Assembly (NCBI GenBank): GCA_965247145.1
Contig: CBDFGH010000010.1
Coordinates: 38,231 to 102,230 of the forward strand
DNA: 64,000 nucleotides
Direction: 5' to 3'
DNA from: Rickettsiales bacterium
GTDB lineage: Bacteria; Pseudomonadota; Alphaproteobacteria; Rickettsiales; JAIXRX01
Shown here: positions 28,255 through 37,145 of the stretch, one piece after another
How the letters are laid out: the number at the start of each line of letters is the position of its first letter
Numbering within the stretch: position 1 is the stretch's first letter
Notes under the pieces: generated by a model
Seen by the model: the letters and a program-made list of their open reading frames with translations, nothing else
What the model was told of the DNA's origin: nothing
Database searches by the model: none
Translations under genes and position numbers: made by a program

Positions 28255-29565
28255 CTATTGCAGCACCGTCGGGCCGCTCAACACGTTTTGCGGGAAGCTG
28301 AGATCGTGATTGACGAAGATGTTGATGTGGGTGCCCTGGTCGAGCATGATGGTAGGCCGCACATCGATGAAGCGTTTGACCACGCTCTGCGTCGTATCCC
28401 CCAGATCGGTGACCGAACGCTGCAACGCGATCGCACCCGCTGAACCGGTGGTGGTGCTGCCCAGGCCGGAATTGCTGGTGCTGACATCGCCGCCGATCGC
28501 CGCATCCCCCGCCACTGCGGTGCCCACCGTGAGCAGGCTGGTGAGAATGGCCGAGGAATAGATCTCGAGATATTTGTTGTCCACCATGCCTTCCACGCCG
28601 CCCCGGCCGATCTGGTCCAGGCCGGGGGAATTGATGGCGATCACCACCCCGTCTGGCCGCATGACGCGCGACCAGATGATGTAGACGCGTTTTTGCCCGC
28701 GGAATAGATCGGTATTGTATTGCCCGATAACACGCGATCCTTTGGGAATGAGTACGCCCCGTCCCGATTCGGCATAGACATCGCGGCTGACGATGGCGCG
28801 GATGGGCGCGGGAAGATCGGTATTGATGGCGCTTTCGAGAATGACGTCGACGATCTTGCCTTGGGCGATGAGCGCCTCGAGATTGCTCAACCGTTCTGCC
28901 GTAACGACCGAAACTTTCTGTCCCTCGCCGTTGCGGGAGAATTGCAGATTGCTGTCTTTCGCATTGCCCGTTGGATCGCTTGAGATTGTGCTGGATTTCC
29001 CACCGAGCAGACTGGAAGCCCCGCCCCCGCCGCCACTCACGGTCATGCCTGAACGCCGGCGGCGCTGGCGCATTTCTTCCGCAGACTGACGGGCGCGGAT
29101 TTCTTCCTGTGGATCGGCGCTCGGGGTATTGGCGGTAACCGGTGCGCCGGGCAGGCCGGGCACGCTTTCCTGAATCGGCAGCGGCGGTGGGGGCAGGGAA
29201 ACCGCATCGGTCTGCACCGGCGCGGGGTCAGGCGGGGGTGCCGGCGCCGGCAATGGGGCCGAGGTATCGACGGGAGCGGCCACCGGCACGCTTTCGTTTT
29301 GTCGGCGGGCGGCTTCCATCTCTTCCTGCGTGGGGGTTTTGCTTTGACCGAAAAGCACAAAAAGCAACACGCCCACTAAGCCGATTCCCACGATCAGCAT
29401 CACCACCACGCGGCTTTGGGTCGCAGCCACCGCCGGGCGGGTCTGCGTTAGAATCGGCTCCGCTTCCTCCGGTGTTTCCAGAAAATCTTCCTGGCTGGGC
29501 CGGTATCCTTCGGTGCCGTATTCGCCGCTCTCGGGTGCGTCGGGGGGATTGGTGTCCTGGCTCAT
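28255..29565 (-). CDS. virB10: Type IV secretion protein VirB10 (TrbI family)
   Basis: Cytoplasmic N-terminus, one TM (VVVMLIVGIGLVGVLLFVLF), a Pro-rich region and a conserved C-terminal barrel domain (...LPAPIRAIVSRDVY...IPKGSRVIGQY...RVYIIWSRVMRPDGVVI...). Confidence 0.9.
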   Translation of the reverse strand: MSQDTNPPDAPESGEYGTEGYRPSQEDFLETPEEAEPILTQTRPAVAATQSRVVVMLIVGIGLVGVLLFVLFGQSKTPTQEEMEAARRQNESVPVAAPVDTSAPLPAPAPPPDPAPVQTDAVSLPPPPLPIQESVPGLPGAPVTANTPSADPQEEIRARQSAEEMRQRRRRSGMTVSGGGGGASSLLGGKSSTISSDPTGNAKDSNLQFSRNGEGQKVSVVTAERLSNLEALIAQGKIVDVILESAINTDLPAPIRAIVSRDVYAESGRGVLIPKGSRVIGQYNTDLFRGQKRVYIIWSRVMRPDGVVIAINSPGLDQIGRGGVEGMVDNKYLEIYSSAILTSLLTVGTAVAGDAAIGGDVSTSNSGLGSTTTGSAGAIALQRSVTDLGDTTQSVVKRFIDVRPTIMLDQGTHINIFVNHDLSFPQNVLSGPTVLQ

Positions 29566-29625
29566 GGGCCTACCTGCTTGCTGATGCCGTCTTGCGCATG
29601 CCGCGCATGGCTCGGGATGCGTGGA

Positions 29626-30825
29626 TTATTTGTTTTGGCGCGTTTCGTTGTAGATGGTGGCTTTCTGCTCGCCGCTGCGCAGCACGAATTTCGCACCGAC
29701 ACCGCCCGCCACCCAATATTTATCTTCTCGGTTCAGCGGCACCGCGATTTCTTTGCCTTCACGCGTGACGCGGAAGAGTTTGGGCGCGCTGCTGGCATTC
29801 AGGAACTGGAAGTAGGTGCGCTGACCGTCGTCGAACATCGCGTAGGGCAATATCTGTCCGCTGCCCTCATAGGTGTAATTGAAATTGAGCGCCGCGCTGT
29901 TGGCCGTTGGCGGCAGCGGGGAAGGTGCCGCCGCAATGTTGTTCGCCGGAATATTGCTGGCGACGGATGCGGCAGGCAATGGCGTATCGTACGGTCCGGC
30001 CCCGTAGCGGTTTTTCGTGGCGGTGGTCGGCGGCGGGCTTTGCATGGCAGTGCTGCGCATGGCTGCGGGCAGAGACGGCTTGGGCTGCGGGGCGGGCAGA
30101 GAGTGGCTCTGTGCGCTATCATGCGGTGCGGCCAGTGGTACGGCGCTGACCGGCATGGGCATGGCCGGTGCCGGTTCCACCGCCGGGGCAGGCGTGTCGG
30201 ACGCCATGCTTCCGGCGTTGTAATGCATCGTGGCCGGTGCCGCATTGCCGGTGGGATAGGCCACGGCGGCGGCGCCATAGGCGTTGCCGCCCATGGGATA
30301 GGCCTGGGGCGCCGGTGCGGCGGCAGGCACCATGGCACCCGGGGTGCGGGCATTTTTCGGATCGTCTGGATAGTAGAAGCGGATGACGTAGGCCAGTTCT
30401 TCCTGCGGCAAATCCGCCGGATTGGTGGCACGCAGGTCGAATTGATACGCGCGTTCGTTGGTGATCACGGTCATGTTGGTATGCAGATCGTCCGCCACCG
30501 CGCGGATGAACAAACGCCGTCCGGCGGGCACCACCTGCCAGCCCGCGCGATCTCCGATGGAAACGGTTTCGATGCGTTCCTTCGGCCCGAATTCCACGTT
30601 TGATTGAAAGCCGTAATAGGTCAACAGGCTATAGACGTCGTTCTCATTGAAGACGAATGTCTTGACCCGGCTGTCGGAAGCGACCGGCGGAGCGGGATTG
30701 GCGGCCTGTGCGGGCAGCATGCCTCCCAGCATGTAAAACAGGGCCGTGCCGCAGGCCATAGACATCAGTGCCGTCCGGCGGCGGGGCGGCAAAATCGGGG
30801 CTGGGTGAATCGCTGCGTGCTGCAT
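29626..30825 (-). CDS. virB9: Type IV secretion protein VirB9 with an expanded Pro/Ala-rich linker
   Basis: Signal peptide. N-domain (...RVKTFVFNENDVYSLLTYYGFQSNVEF...NMTVITNERAYQFDL...) and C-domain (...NFNYTYEGSG...DDGQRTYFQF...) are separated by ~155 low-complexity residues. The ATG at 30825 overlaps the virB8 stop (TGATG). Confidence 0.85.
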   Translation of the reverse strand: MQHAAIHPAPILPPRRRTALMSMACGTALFYMLGGMLPAQAANPAPPVASDSRVKTFVFNENDVYSLLTYYGFQSNVEFGPKERIETVSIGDRAGWQVVPAGRRLFIRAVADDLHTNMTVITNERAYQFDLRATNPADLPQEELAYVIRFYYPDDPKNARTPGAMVPAAAPAPQAYPMGGNAYGAAAVAYPTGNAAPATMHYNAGSMASDTPAPAVEPAPAMPMPVSAVPLAAPHDSAQSHSLPAPQPKPSLPAAMRSTAMQSPPPTTATKNRYGAGPYDTPLPAASVASNIPANNIAAAPSPLPPTANSAALNFNYTYEGSGQILPYAMFDDGQRTYFQFLNASSAPKLFRVTREGKEIAVPLNREDKYWVAGGVGAKFVLRSGEQKATIYNETRQNK

Positions 30826-31508
30826 CACTGGGACTCTTTAATTAGACTGTAATCGGAAACATAGAAGCCCACCGGATTGAAGAAAGCTTCTTCGAATTGT
30901 AAATCGACCTTGCGGAATTCATACTTGACCGTGGCCATGAAATGTTCGGTGGTCTGCACTTCGCCCACCCGGTTGCCGGTTTCCACGTAGAAATGAATCT
31001 GCGCCGTGCCGGGGCTGGGAAAATACATCGACTTGATCTTCACGTCGCGTTTGCCGGCCTGCCCCAGACGACCTGCGGCAGTATTGGGATCCAGCGGATT
31101 GGCCTCGCGGATGTATTTGCGAAACACATCCGGGTTGGACATCAGGCGGATGAGGTTCGCATTATAGGAAAAATCGCCGATGTTGATGGTTTGCCAGGCG
31201 CGCAGATATTGCACCAGGAAGTAATTGGTCACCGCTTTGTCTTTTTCGAACAGACCGCTATCGAGCGGTGCCACGGCTTGCACCAGGCCGGCACGTTTGT
31301 CGATTTCGATCGCGAAAGGTTCGACGGCAACCAAAGGAATGCGGGTATAAATAAGGAAAATCGTGCCCAGCAAGCCAAGCAGAGACACCATGGCGGCGAC
31401 GAAGAGGATATTGCGCTGAACGATGGCCGTCTGGTAGCGGTCGCTATACCAGTTCTTGGTTTCGGTCTGCGCTTTGTCCTCGGGTTTCTTGAAATGCTCA
31501 AAGGCCAT
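30825..31508 (-). CDS. virB8: Type IV secretion protein VirB8
   Basis: NWYSDRYQTAIVQRN + TM + periplasmic NTF2-like domain layout typical of VirB8. Confidence 0.85.
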   Translation of the reverse strand: MAFEHFKKPEDKAQTETKNWYSDRYQTAIVQRNILFVAAMVSLLGLLGTIFLIYTRIPLVAVEPFAIEIDKRAGLVQAVAPLDSGLFEKDKAVTNYFLVQYLRAWQTINIGDFSYNANLIRLMSNPDVFRKYIREANPLDPNTAAGRLGQAGKRDVKIKSMYFPSPGTAQIHFYVETGNRVGEVQTTEHFMATVKYEFRKVDLQFEEAFFNPVGFYVSDYSLIKESQ

Positions 31509-31511
31509 GGT

Positions 31512-31625
31512 TCATCCAGCCGCTTGCGGCCCCGTTAGCGCGGCTGCGCAGGGCATAGTTTTTTGATACTGCAGCCATGGCGCGAATGCAAGATGCATGC
31601 GGGCCAAGATGGGGAAAGGCCACAT
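31512..31625 (-). CDS. Candidate 37-codon ORF exactly filling the virB6-virB8 gap (VirB7 position)
   Basis: MWPFPILARMHLAFAPWLQYQKTMPCAAALTGPQAAG*. Its ATG overlaps the virB6 stop (TGATG) and its TGA lies 3 nt before the virB8 ATG. No lipobox, and coding status is unproven. Confidence 0.25.
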   Translation of the reverse strand: MWPFPILARMHLAFAPWLQYQKTMPCAAALTGPQAAG

Positions 31626-33454
31626 CAAATTTCATCGCTGTTCCCCTCCATCCGCTCGCGGGCCATATTGTACTCGTAGTTCCGTTCCGCAATTTCTTGC
31701 TCGAGTTCTTCTTTCTTCTTCCAGAACTCTTTGTGCTCTTCGCGCAATTTCTTCAATGTTTCTTCGTCGGCTTCCGAGAGTTTTTCTTGTTCCTGCAGTC
31801 GTATGGCCTGTTGATACCAGACGCCCTCCTTATTTTCGGCGCTTTTCAGTTCGAGCATGGCTTTGTTGTATTCGTCGCGGCGGGCATACATGTCGGGCAG
31901 CGTGGAGAATATCTCGTCCGGGCTCATGTCGGATTTGGAGAACTCGGCCCCCTGCTGAAACGCCATCGCAAAACGGTTGGGTATCGCGCGGACGATGCTG
32001 TCGTTCTTCAGGTAATCGGGATCGTATTGCCGAATGCTGTCTTTGATACTTTGCTGGTAGCCGGGATCGTAGCCGTAACGGAAGCCCGCGCTGAAATTGC
32101 GCGCCACTTTGTCGAAATTGCCGAAACCGAAACCGCCGCGCGCATCCGAATTCGCGCCGCCACCGCCGAGATTCATCGCATAGCCGGAACCGCCCAGGGT
32201 CTGGGCAATGGAGGGAAGCTGTTCGAGGATTTCATTGACCCCCCATATCACCAGCAACACGGATAAACCGTTATACAGAATGTATTTGAAGAATTCGAAA
32301 TGCTTCAGCGATGCCAGATACGTCGTGCCTTTGGCATTGGGCGGGCATTCGAATCCATGGAAGGGGGCCATGCCGGGAACGAAATTGAACTTGCCGCCGA
32401 TGCAGGGCGTACAAAACTCCACGACCTCGCCGGACTTGCCGAAGCTGATGCCGAAAGAGCGCAGATCCGTGATTTCGCTGGGCGAAATGCGCATCGCCTG
32501 CAGCAACCCTTTGAACATATCCCAGAAATCGAACAAATGGTAGGTGATCATGATAACCGCGAAGACGATGATCATCTGCAATGTATAACTGATGATGGCT
32601 TGCAGCCAGCGGTCGAAGAAACTGCGCGTATTGCGGAACATGGCAAAGCCGATGAACATGGGGCTGGCCGCCATCAGCAGCGCCACCGCACCCAGTGCGA
32701 CCATGAAGCCGAGTGCGGCGCGGATCAGCATGAAAATCAAAGTCAGCATCATCGCGAATACCGGCCCGCCCACGATCGGGAAAACCAGGAAGATGAAGAA
32801 CAGGAAGATGATGGCGGTGCCCGCGCAGGTCGGCGCGTCGGAGGGCAGATTGTCCTGCGGGTCGATAATCGGATTGGTGGAGAAAAGCGCGGCGAATTTC
32901 TTGAACTGCCCGTCCTGCCCGCTGAACGGATTGTCGGCGGCGGAATAGAACCAACTGATCGTGTCCTGACTGACCGAAAGGAAAAAGCCGTAAATCAGCT
33001 TCATCGCAATCTCGGCATTCAGCGCCAGCATCAGCACGAGGGAAATCTTGATAATCAGGATCATCGATTCCCGGGCGCTGAGCGAGGTCAACCCGAATAG
33101 CACGGACGCCCCGTAGATCAAAACCGCCAGCACCCCTGCGGCCAACAAGGGCGGTTCGACCAACTCGCGCACCGCGCAATAGCCCAAGGCCAGCGAATCG
33201 AACAAAGCGGCTTCCCAGGCCAGCAACACATGCTTGAAAGGCTCGTCGATCCCGGCATTGTCGGGATCGATCGTTTCATTGATCATATGCGGGTTGACGG
33301 GATTTCCGGAGGCGGTGCTGCTTGGGCAGCTGAAACTCTGATTCACGGAGATATAATCGAATCCACTGCCCGCCGCCTGTGCCTGCGTGCTTGAAAACAC
33401 CATGCCACCCAAAGAGACAATCAGAAGCAGCCAGAAAAAAAGGCGTCCATGCAC
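31625..33454 (-). CDS. virB6: Type IV secretion protein VirB6 (TrbL/VirB6 family) with a long C-terminal extension
   Basis: Signal-like N-terminus, a polytopic TrbL-type core, then a ~190-aa soluble tail ending in a charged coiled-coil-like region (...EETLKKLREEHKEFWKKKEELEQEIAERNYE...). Start uncertain: GTG at 33454 (after the virB4 stop) versus in-frame starts up to 33598 that overlap virB4. Confidence 0.8.
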   Translation of the reverse strand: MHGRLFFWLLLIVSLGGMVFSSTQAQAAGSGFDYISVNQSFSCPSSTASGNPVNPHMINETIDPDNAGIDEPFKHVLLAWEAALFDSLALGYCAVRELVEPPLLAAGVLAVLIYGASVLFGLTSLSARESMILIIKISLVLMLALNAEIAMKLIYGFFLSVSQDTISWFYSAADNPFSGQDGQFKKFAALFSTNPIIDPQDNLPSDAPTCAGTAIIFLFFIFLVFPIVGGPVFAMMLTLIFMLIRAALGFMVALGAVALLMAASPMFIGFAMFRNTRSFFDRWLQAIISYTLQMIIVFAVIMITYHLFDFWDMFKGLLQAMRISPSEITDLRSFGISFGKSGEVVEFCTPCIGGKFNFVPGMAPFHGFECPPNAKGTTYLASLKHFEFFKYILYNGLSVLLVIWGVNEILEQLPSIAQTLGGSGYAMNLGGGGANSDARGGFGFGNFDKVARNFSAGFRYGYDPGYQQSIKDSIRQYDPDYLKNDSIVRAIPNRFAMAFQQGAEFSKSDMSPDEIFSTLPDMYARRDEYNKAMLELKSAENKEGVWYQQAIRLQEQEKLSEADEETLKKLREEHKEFWKKKEELEQEIAERNYEYNMARERMEGNSDEI

Positions 33455-33491
33455 AAGGCCCTGCAGGCCGGTGCGTCCGTACGGGGCCGCA

Positions 33492-35903
33492 CTAGGCAAC
33501 GCCGAGATAGGCGGGTAGCCAATCATGCAGCGCCTCCCCTTTGCTGGCGCGCAATTGATCGAATTTCCGCAAGCGGTCCGCATCCGCCGAAAGCACATTC
33601 ATCAAGGGCTCGAGCCCTTGCAGATTCAATTCGGCGACGATGGATTCCGGCCCGCGCTTGAGCAAAAAATGCCGCCGACGCGATTCCATGGCCTGAACAT
33701 AGACCAGCTCCTGCTCGTTCAGCCCGAAAATATCGATCAGGCTACGGTCGGCGGTGGCGTCCGGCAGGAAGATCTGGGTGGCGATATGCTCCATGATCGT
33801 CGGGTTGAGCTCGCTCTTGGCCGCTTCCTCATGACGTTCCGTGGAAAGCAGCGCCATTGCGTTCATGCCGCGCAGGCGCTCGAACCACCCGCCCAGGCGG
33901 GTGGTAAAAATCGGATTGTCGAGCATGCGCCAAGCTTCATCCAGCACTACGATCGCGGGATAGCCATCGAGCTCGTTCATGATGCGGTGCAACAGGTAAG
34001 CCACAACCGGCGCGCGCGTGCGCGGCGTCTTGTTCAATTCGCTCAAGTTGAATCCTGCGATGCCTCCGCTGAGATCGAGCGCATCTTCGGCATGGTCGAA
34101 AATAGCGGCGAAAGCACCGGTGGAATGCCATTCGGCGAGGTAGATGCCCAGGCGTTCTTCACGCAGGCGCACGAAATCGGCCAGCACTTTCAATCGCCGC
34201 TCTTCGCGCGGCAGGGTGAAGAGATAATCGATCCCCCCCGCCAGATGCGGCCAGAACTGCTCGCGGTAGCGTGCGATGCCCGGTGCTGCATCCTGCAAAA
34301 GCGATTCGAGCCAGACGAGAAGGAAAGTACGGTTGCCAGGCGTGTCATCCATCAATAGCGGGTTCATTGCAGGCCACAAGGGCCGGCTCAGATGATCGGT
34401 CTCCATCACCCGGTGATATTCGCCGCCAATGGCGCGCAGGAAAATCTCCGCCGAGCGGTCATGGTCGAAATAAAACAGCTTCGGCTGGTATTTCCGTGCT
34501 TCCGAAAGCAGGAAATTCATGAGTACCGACTTACCCGCGCCGGGTGGGCCGACCAGAATGGTGTGCCCGTTGGTGCCGATGTGGAAGTTGAAGAAATAGG
34601 GCGTATGGGCGGCGGTGTAGAACAGCGAAAGCGCCGGACCCCAATGGGTGTTGTTGGCGCGGCCCGAAGGCAGGTTGTTCAGCAGCGCGAAGCCGCCGAT
34701 GCGCGCGGCGTCGATCGGGCGCAGGCGGCGCAGGAAGGGGAAATTGCCAGGCAATTGTGCCCAATAGCTCTCCTCCAGCATCATATCTTCGCGCAGCAGC
34801 GTGATGCCCAGCGCATTGAATTCCCGGGTGCAGAGCAGCAGATTTTTCTCCAAGCCCTCCAGCGAATCATTCATCACGAAAATGGTGATCTGGTGTTCGC
34901 CGAAATCGGTGGCCTGCCCACGGTTGCTGGCCATCACGGCACTCAACCCGCTGCTTTCGGAGAGATCGGTATTGCCGCTCATTTTGAAGTAATCGTATTG
35001 CTCTTCGAAATGCTTCAACGCTTCTTTATGATGGATGAAATCGAAGCTCTGGCTGACCACGAACTCCACCGGCATCTGCAACAGGCGGCCCAGAGCGTTG
35101 AGCGAGATATTGTGAAATTCCTTGACGGTGAGCAATGCCCCGTACCGCGTTTTTCCCACGCGGTAATTGCGCACCTCCATCACGTTGCTGCCGAAGGCGA
35201 TGTCCATCGCCTGGGAAAGCGTGTCGTCCAGCCCCCGCTCGGGCAGAGGAATATCCTCATCCGTCAGCGTGATGAGCTTGCTTAGGAATTTCAACGGTTC
35301 GGAATAGATCACGCCGCCATCTTCGATCAGTCCCAGCCGGTGCGCGCCGTACTCGTTCAGCACGCGCATCATCTCGATCGTCGCATCCTGCAACTTGGCG
35401 TGGGCTTCTTCGGTGTAGGCATCGCGCGCATGCGCATCCGCCCAGGGCACCAGGGCACGCAGGGTGCTGGCCATGTCTTTCAATCGTGCACGCTGACCCT
35501 GATGCAGCACGGTGATGTAGATTTCGTTCAGATATTGGTTGTCCCAGCCATTATGCTCGACCCAGGCGGCATTCAGCACGCGGGAGAAATCTTCCGGATA
35601 TTCACCTTCGGGGCGGATGTCGGCGGCGCGGCGCACGGTGTGGATGCAGACCGCGAAATCGGTGGAATTCACCGACGCGCGGATGGCGTCGCGGATGGTC
35701 TGGCGCAAATCGCGGATGTCGTTGGTCAATGCTTCGAAGGCGAAGCCGGTGATCTTGATGATCTGCAGCAGCTCGCCATTTTTGGTAAGCAGGGTATGCG
35801 GGTCGATATGACAGGAATAAGGGACGAAATCTTGCTCGATCACCTCATGGTCGATCAGCTTCCCCTCGCTCTTTTTCAGCCATTTCAGGGGAAGGGGAGG
35901 CAT
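33492..35903 (-). CDS. virB4: Type IV secretion ATPase VirB4
   Basis: 803 aa. N-terminal ...FVPYSCHIDPHTLLTKNGELLQIIKITG..., Walker A LVGPPGAGKSVLMNFLL and Walker B region ...IVVLDEAW. There is no N-terminal TM or VirB3-like fusion. Confidence 0.93.
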   Translation of the reverse strand: MPPLPLKWLKKSEGKLIDHEVIEQDFVPYSCHIDPHTLLTKNGELLQIIKITGFAFEALTNDIRDLRQTIRDAIRASVNSTDFAVCIHTVRRAADIRPEGEYPEDFSRVLNAAWVEHNGWDNQYLNEIYITVLHQGQRARLKDMASTLRALVPWADAHARDAYTEEAHAKLQDATIEMMRVLNEYGAHRLGLIEDGGVIYSEPLKFLSKLITLTDEDIPLPERGLDDTLSQAMDIAFGSNVMEVRNYRVGKTRYGALLTVKEFHNISLNALGRLLQMPVEFVVSQSFDFIHHKEALKHFEEQYDYFKMSGNTDLSESSGLSAVMASNRGQATDFGEHQITIFVMNDSLEGLEKNLLLCTREFNALGITLLREDMMLEESYWAQLPGNFPFLRRLRPIDAARIGGFALLNNLPSGRANNTHWGPALSLFYTAAHTPYFFNFHIGTNGHTILVGPPGAGKSVLMNFLLSEARKYQPKLFYFDHDRSAEIFLRAIGGEYHRVMETDHLSRPLWPAMNPLLMDDTPGNRTFLLVWLESLLQDAAPGIARYREQFWPHLAGGIDYLFTLPREERRLKVLADFVRLREERLGIYLAEWHSTGAFAAIFDHAEDALDLSGGIAGFNLSELNKTPRTRAPVVAYLLHRIMNELDGYPAIVVLDEAWRMLDNPIFTTRLGGWFERLRGMNAMALLSTERHEEAAKSELNPTIMEHIATQIFLPDATADRSLIDIFGLNEQELVYVQAMESRRRHFLLKRGPESIVAELNLQGLEPLMNVLSADADRLRKFDQLRASKGEALHDWLPAYLGVA

Positions 35904-35947
35904 GGTTTCTATCCGTCAAGGAACTTGGGAAAGTCGGAAACATCAAT

Positions 35948-35973
35948 CCCCCGCCAGCCGAAGCTGACGGGGG
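35948..35973 (-). other. Stem-loop between virB2 and virB4
   Basis: cccccgccagc-cgaa-gctgacggggg: ~10 bp with a tetraloop in the 85-nt spacer. There is no downstream U-tract on the transcribed strand, so it is not a canonical terminator. Confidence 0.5.
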
Positions 35974-35988
35974 GAAGATTATCAGTGT

Positions 35989-36363
35989 TTAGCTGCAGAA
36001 GTTGCCGCCGGTGGTGCTGTTGTTGCCAACACCATTGCCGACCATATTGACGATCGAAGCCGCACCGAAGACCAGCGCAACGCCGATGGCAACGATCAAT
36101 GCCATACCCCAGGAGACCTTACCCATCAGAGCGCCGATGCCGACGATGATGATGGCGATCGAAGCGAGTACGCGGCCGGTGGTGCCGGTGAAGGCGTTGT
36201 AGATGTTGCACAGCGCCTGATCGATGCCGCTGCGGGTTTGTGTTTGCGCCAGCGCCAGATCCGGCGCCAGATTGTAAGCCAGCAGTACGCCGGTCATCAC
36301 GACCAGGCACCAGGTGAAATCCATCGTGCGCTGGGCCGAAGCCGAGGGAGTCATAATGTTCAT
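35989..36363 (-). CDS. virB2: VirB2/TrbC-type T4SS pilin
   Basis: 124 aa. Long leader, then two hydrophobic helices (GRVLASIAIIIVGIGALMGKVSWGMALIVAIGVALVFGAASIV) typical of VirB2. First gene of the array, below an AT-rich 300-nt promoter region. Confidence 0.75.
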   Translation of the reverse strand: MNIMTPSASAQRTMDFTWCLVVMTGVLLAYNLAPDLALAQTQTRSGIDQALCNIYNAFTGTTGRVLASIAIIIVGIGALMGKVSWGMALIVAIGVALVFGAASIVNMVGNGVGNNSTTGGNFCS

Positions 36364-36667
36364 GGGAGTGTCCTTTTCAGTGTTTCAGTGTGTGGTTGTT
36401 TTTAAAAATGGTCACCAGTGGTTACGTTTCCTCCAACGCCAGTACCTTTCCTTATAGCACCGAAGCATGACAGTTTTTTGACAATGGCCATAAAAAAGCG
36501 ACCATAAGCCGGAAAAACCACCCTTTGGTGTAAAGACTGACAAGGACGCGCAAACGTCATCCTATCTGCAGCCTATGTTGCGGAGGATTGCTTAAGGTTC
36601 GGTTAAACGCTTGGCCTTTTGCCCCGACTGTGGCATGGAACACACAGCATGACCCCAGGAGAAAAAC

Positions 36668-37138
36668 ATGACCCACCAACCCGAAACCGCGCTGCAGAAA
36701 CTCGGCATCACCCTTCCCACCCCGGCGGCGCCCGTGGCGAATTACGTGGGGTATGTGCAGACCGGGAACCTCGTGGTGGTTTCCGGCCAATTGCCGCTGG
36801 AAGATGGCAAGCTGGCGGTGGCGGGCCATGTGGGCGAGGGCATCGGGCTGGAAGAGGCGCAGCGCGCCGCCCGCCTGTGCGCGATCAATGTGCTGGCGCA
36901 GGTGAAAGCCGCCTGCGGTGGCGATCTATCGCGCGTGAAACGCTGCGTGCGCCTGGGCATCTTCGTCAATTCCACCAAGACCTTTACCGACCAGCCCAAG
37001 GTGGCCAACGGCGCTTCCGACCTCATCGTGGCGGTGCTGGGGGATGTGGTGGGCAAGCATGCCCGCGCCGCCGTGGGCGTGAACATTCTGCCGCTGGGTG
37101 CGGCGGTCGAAGTCGAAGGCATGTTCGAGATCGCGTAG
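36668..37138 (+). CDS. ridA: RidA/YjgF-family protein
   Basis: ...GNLVVVSGQLP...AR.ALINVLA......V.VGIFVNS...F.....V.NGASDL......G.HARAAVGV..LPLGAAVEVE..F are family-typical. Confidence 0.85.
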   Translation: MTHQPETALQKLGITLPTPAAPVANYVGYVQTGNLVVVSGQLPLEDGKLAVAGHVGEGIGLEEAQRAARLCAINVLAQVKAACGGDLSRVKRCVRLGIFVNSTKTFTDQPKVANGASDLIVAVLGDVVGKHARAAVGVNILPLGAAVEVEGMFEIA

Positions 37139-37145
37139 TGTAGAC

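Noticed and set aside
31498-31692. The 64-aa ORF spanning the virB6/virB8 junction in another frame.
   Set aside because: It overlaps both the virB6 3' end and the virB8 5' end and has no signal peptide or lipobox. The 37-codon ORF that exactly fills the gap is the better candidate, though still a weak one.
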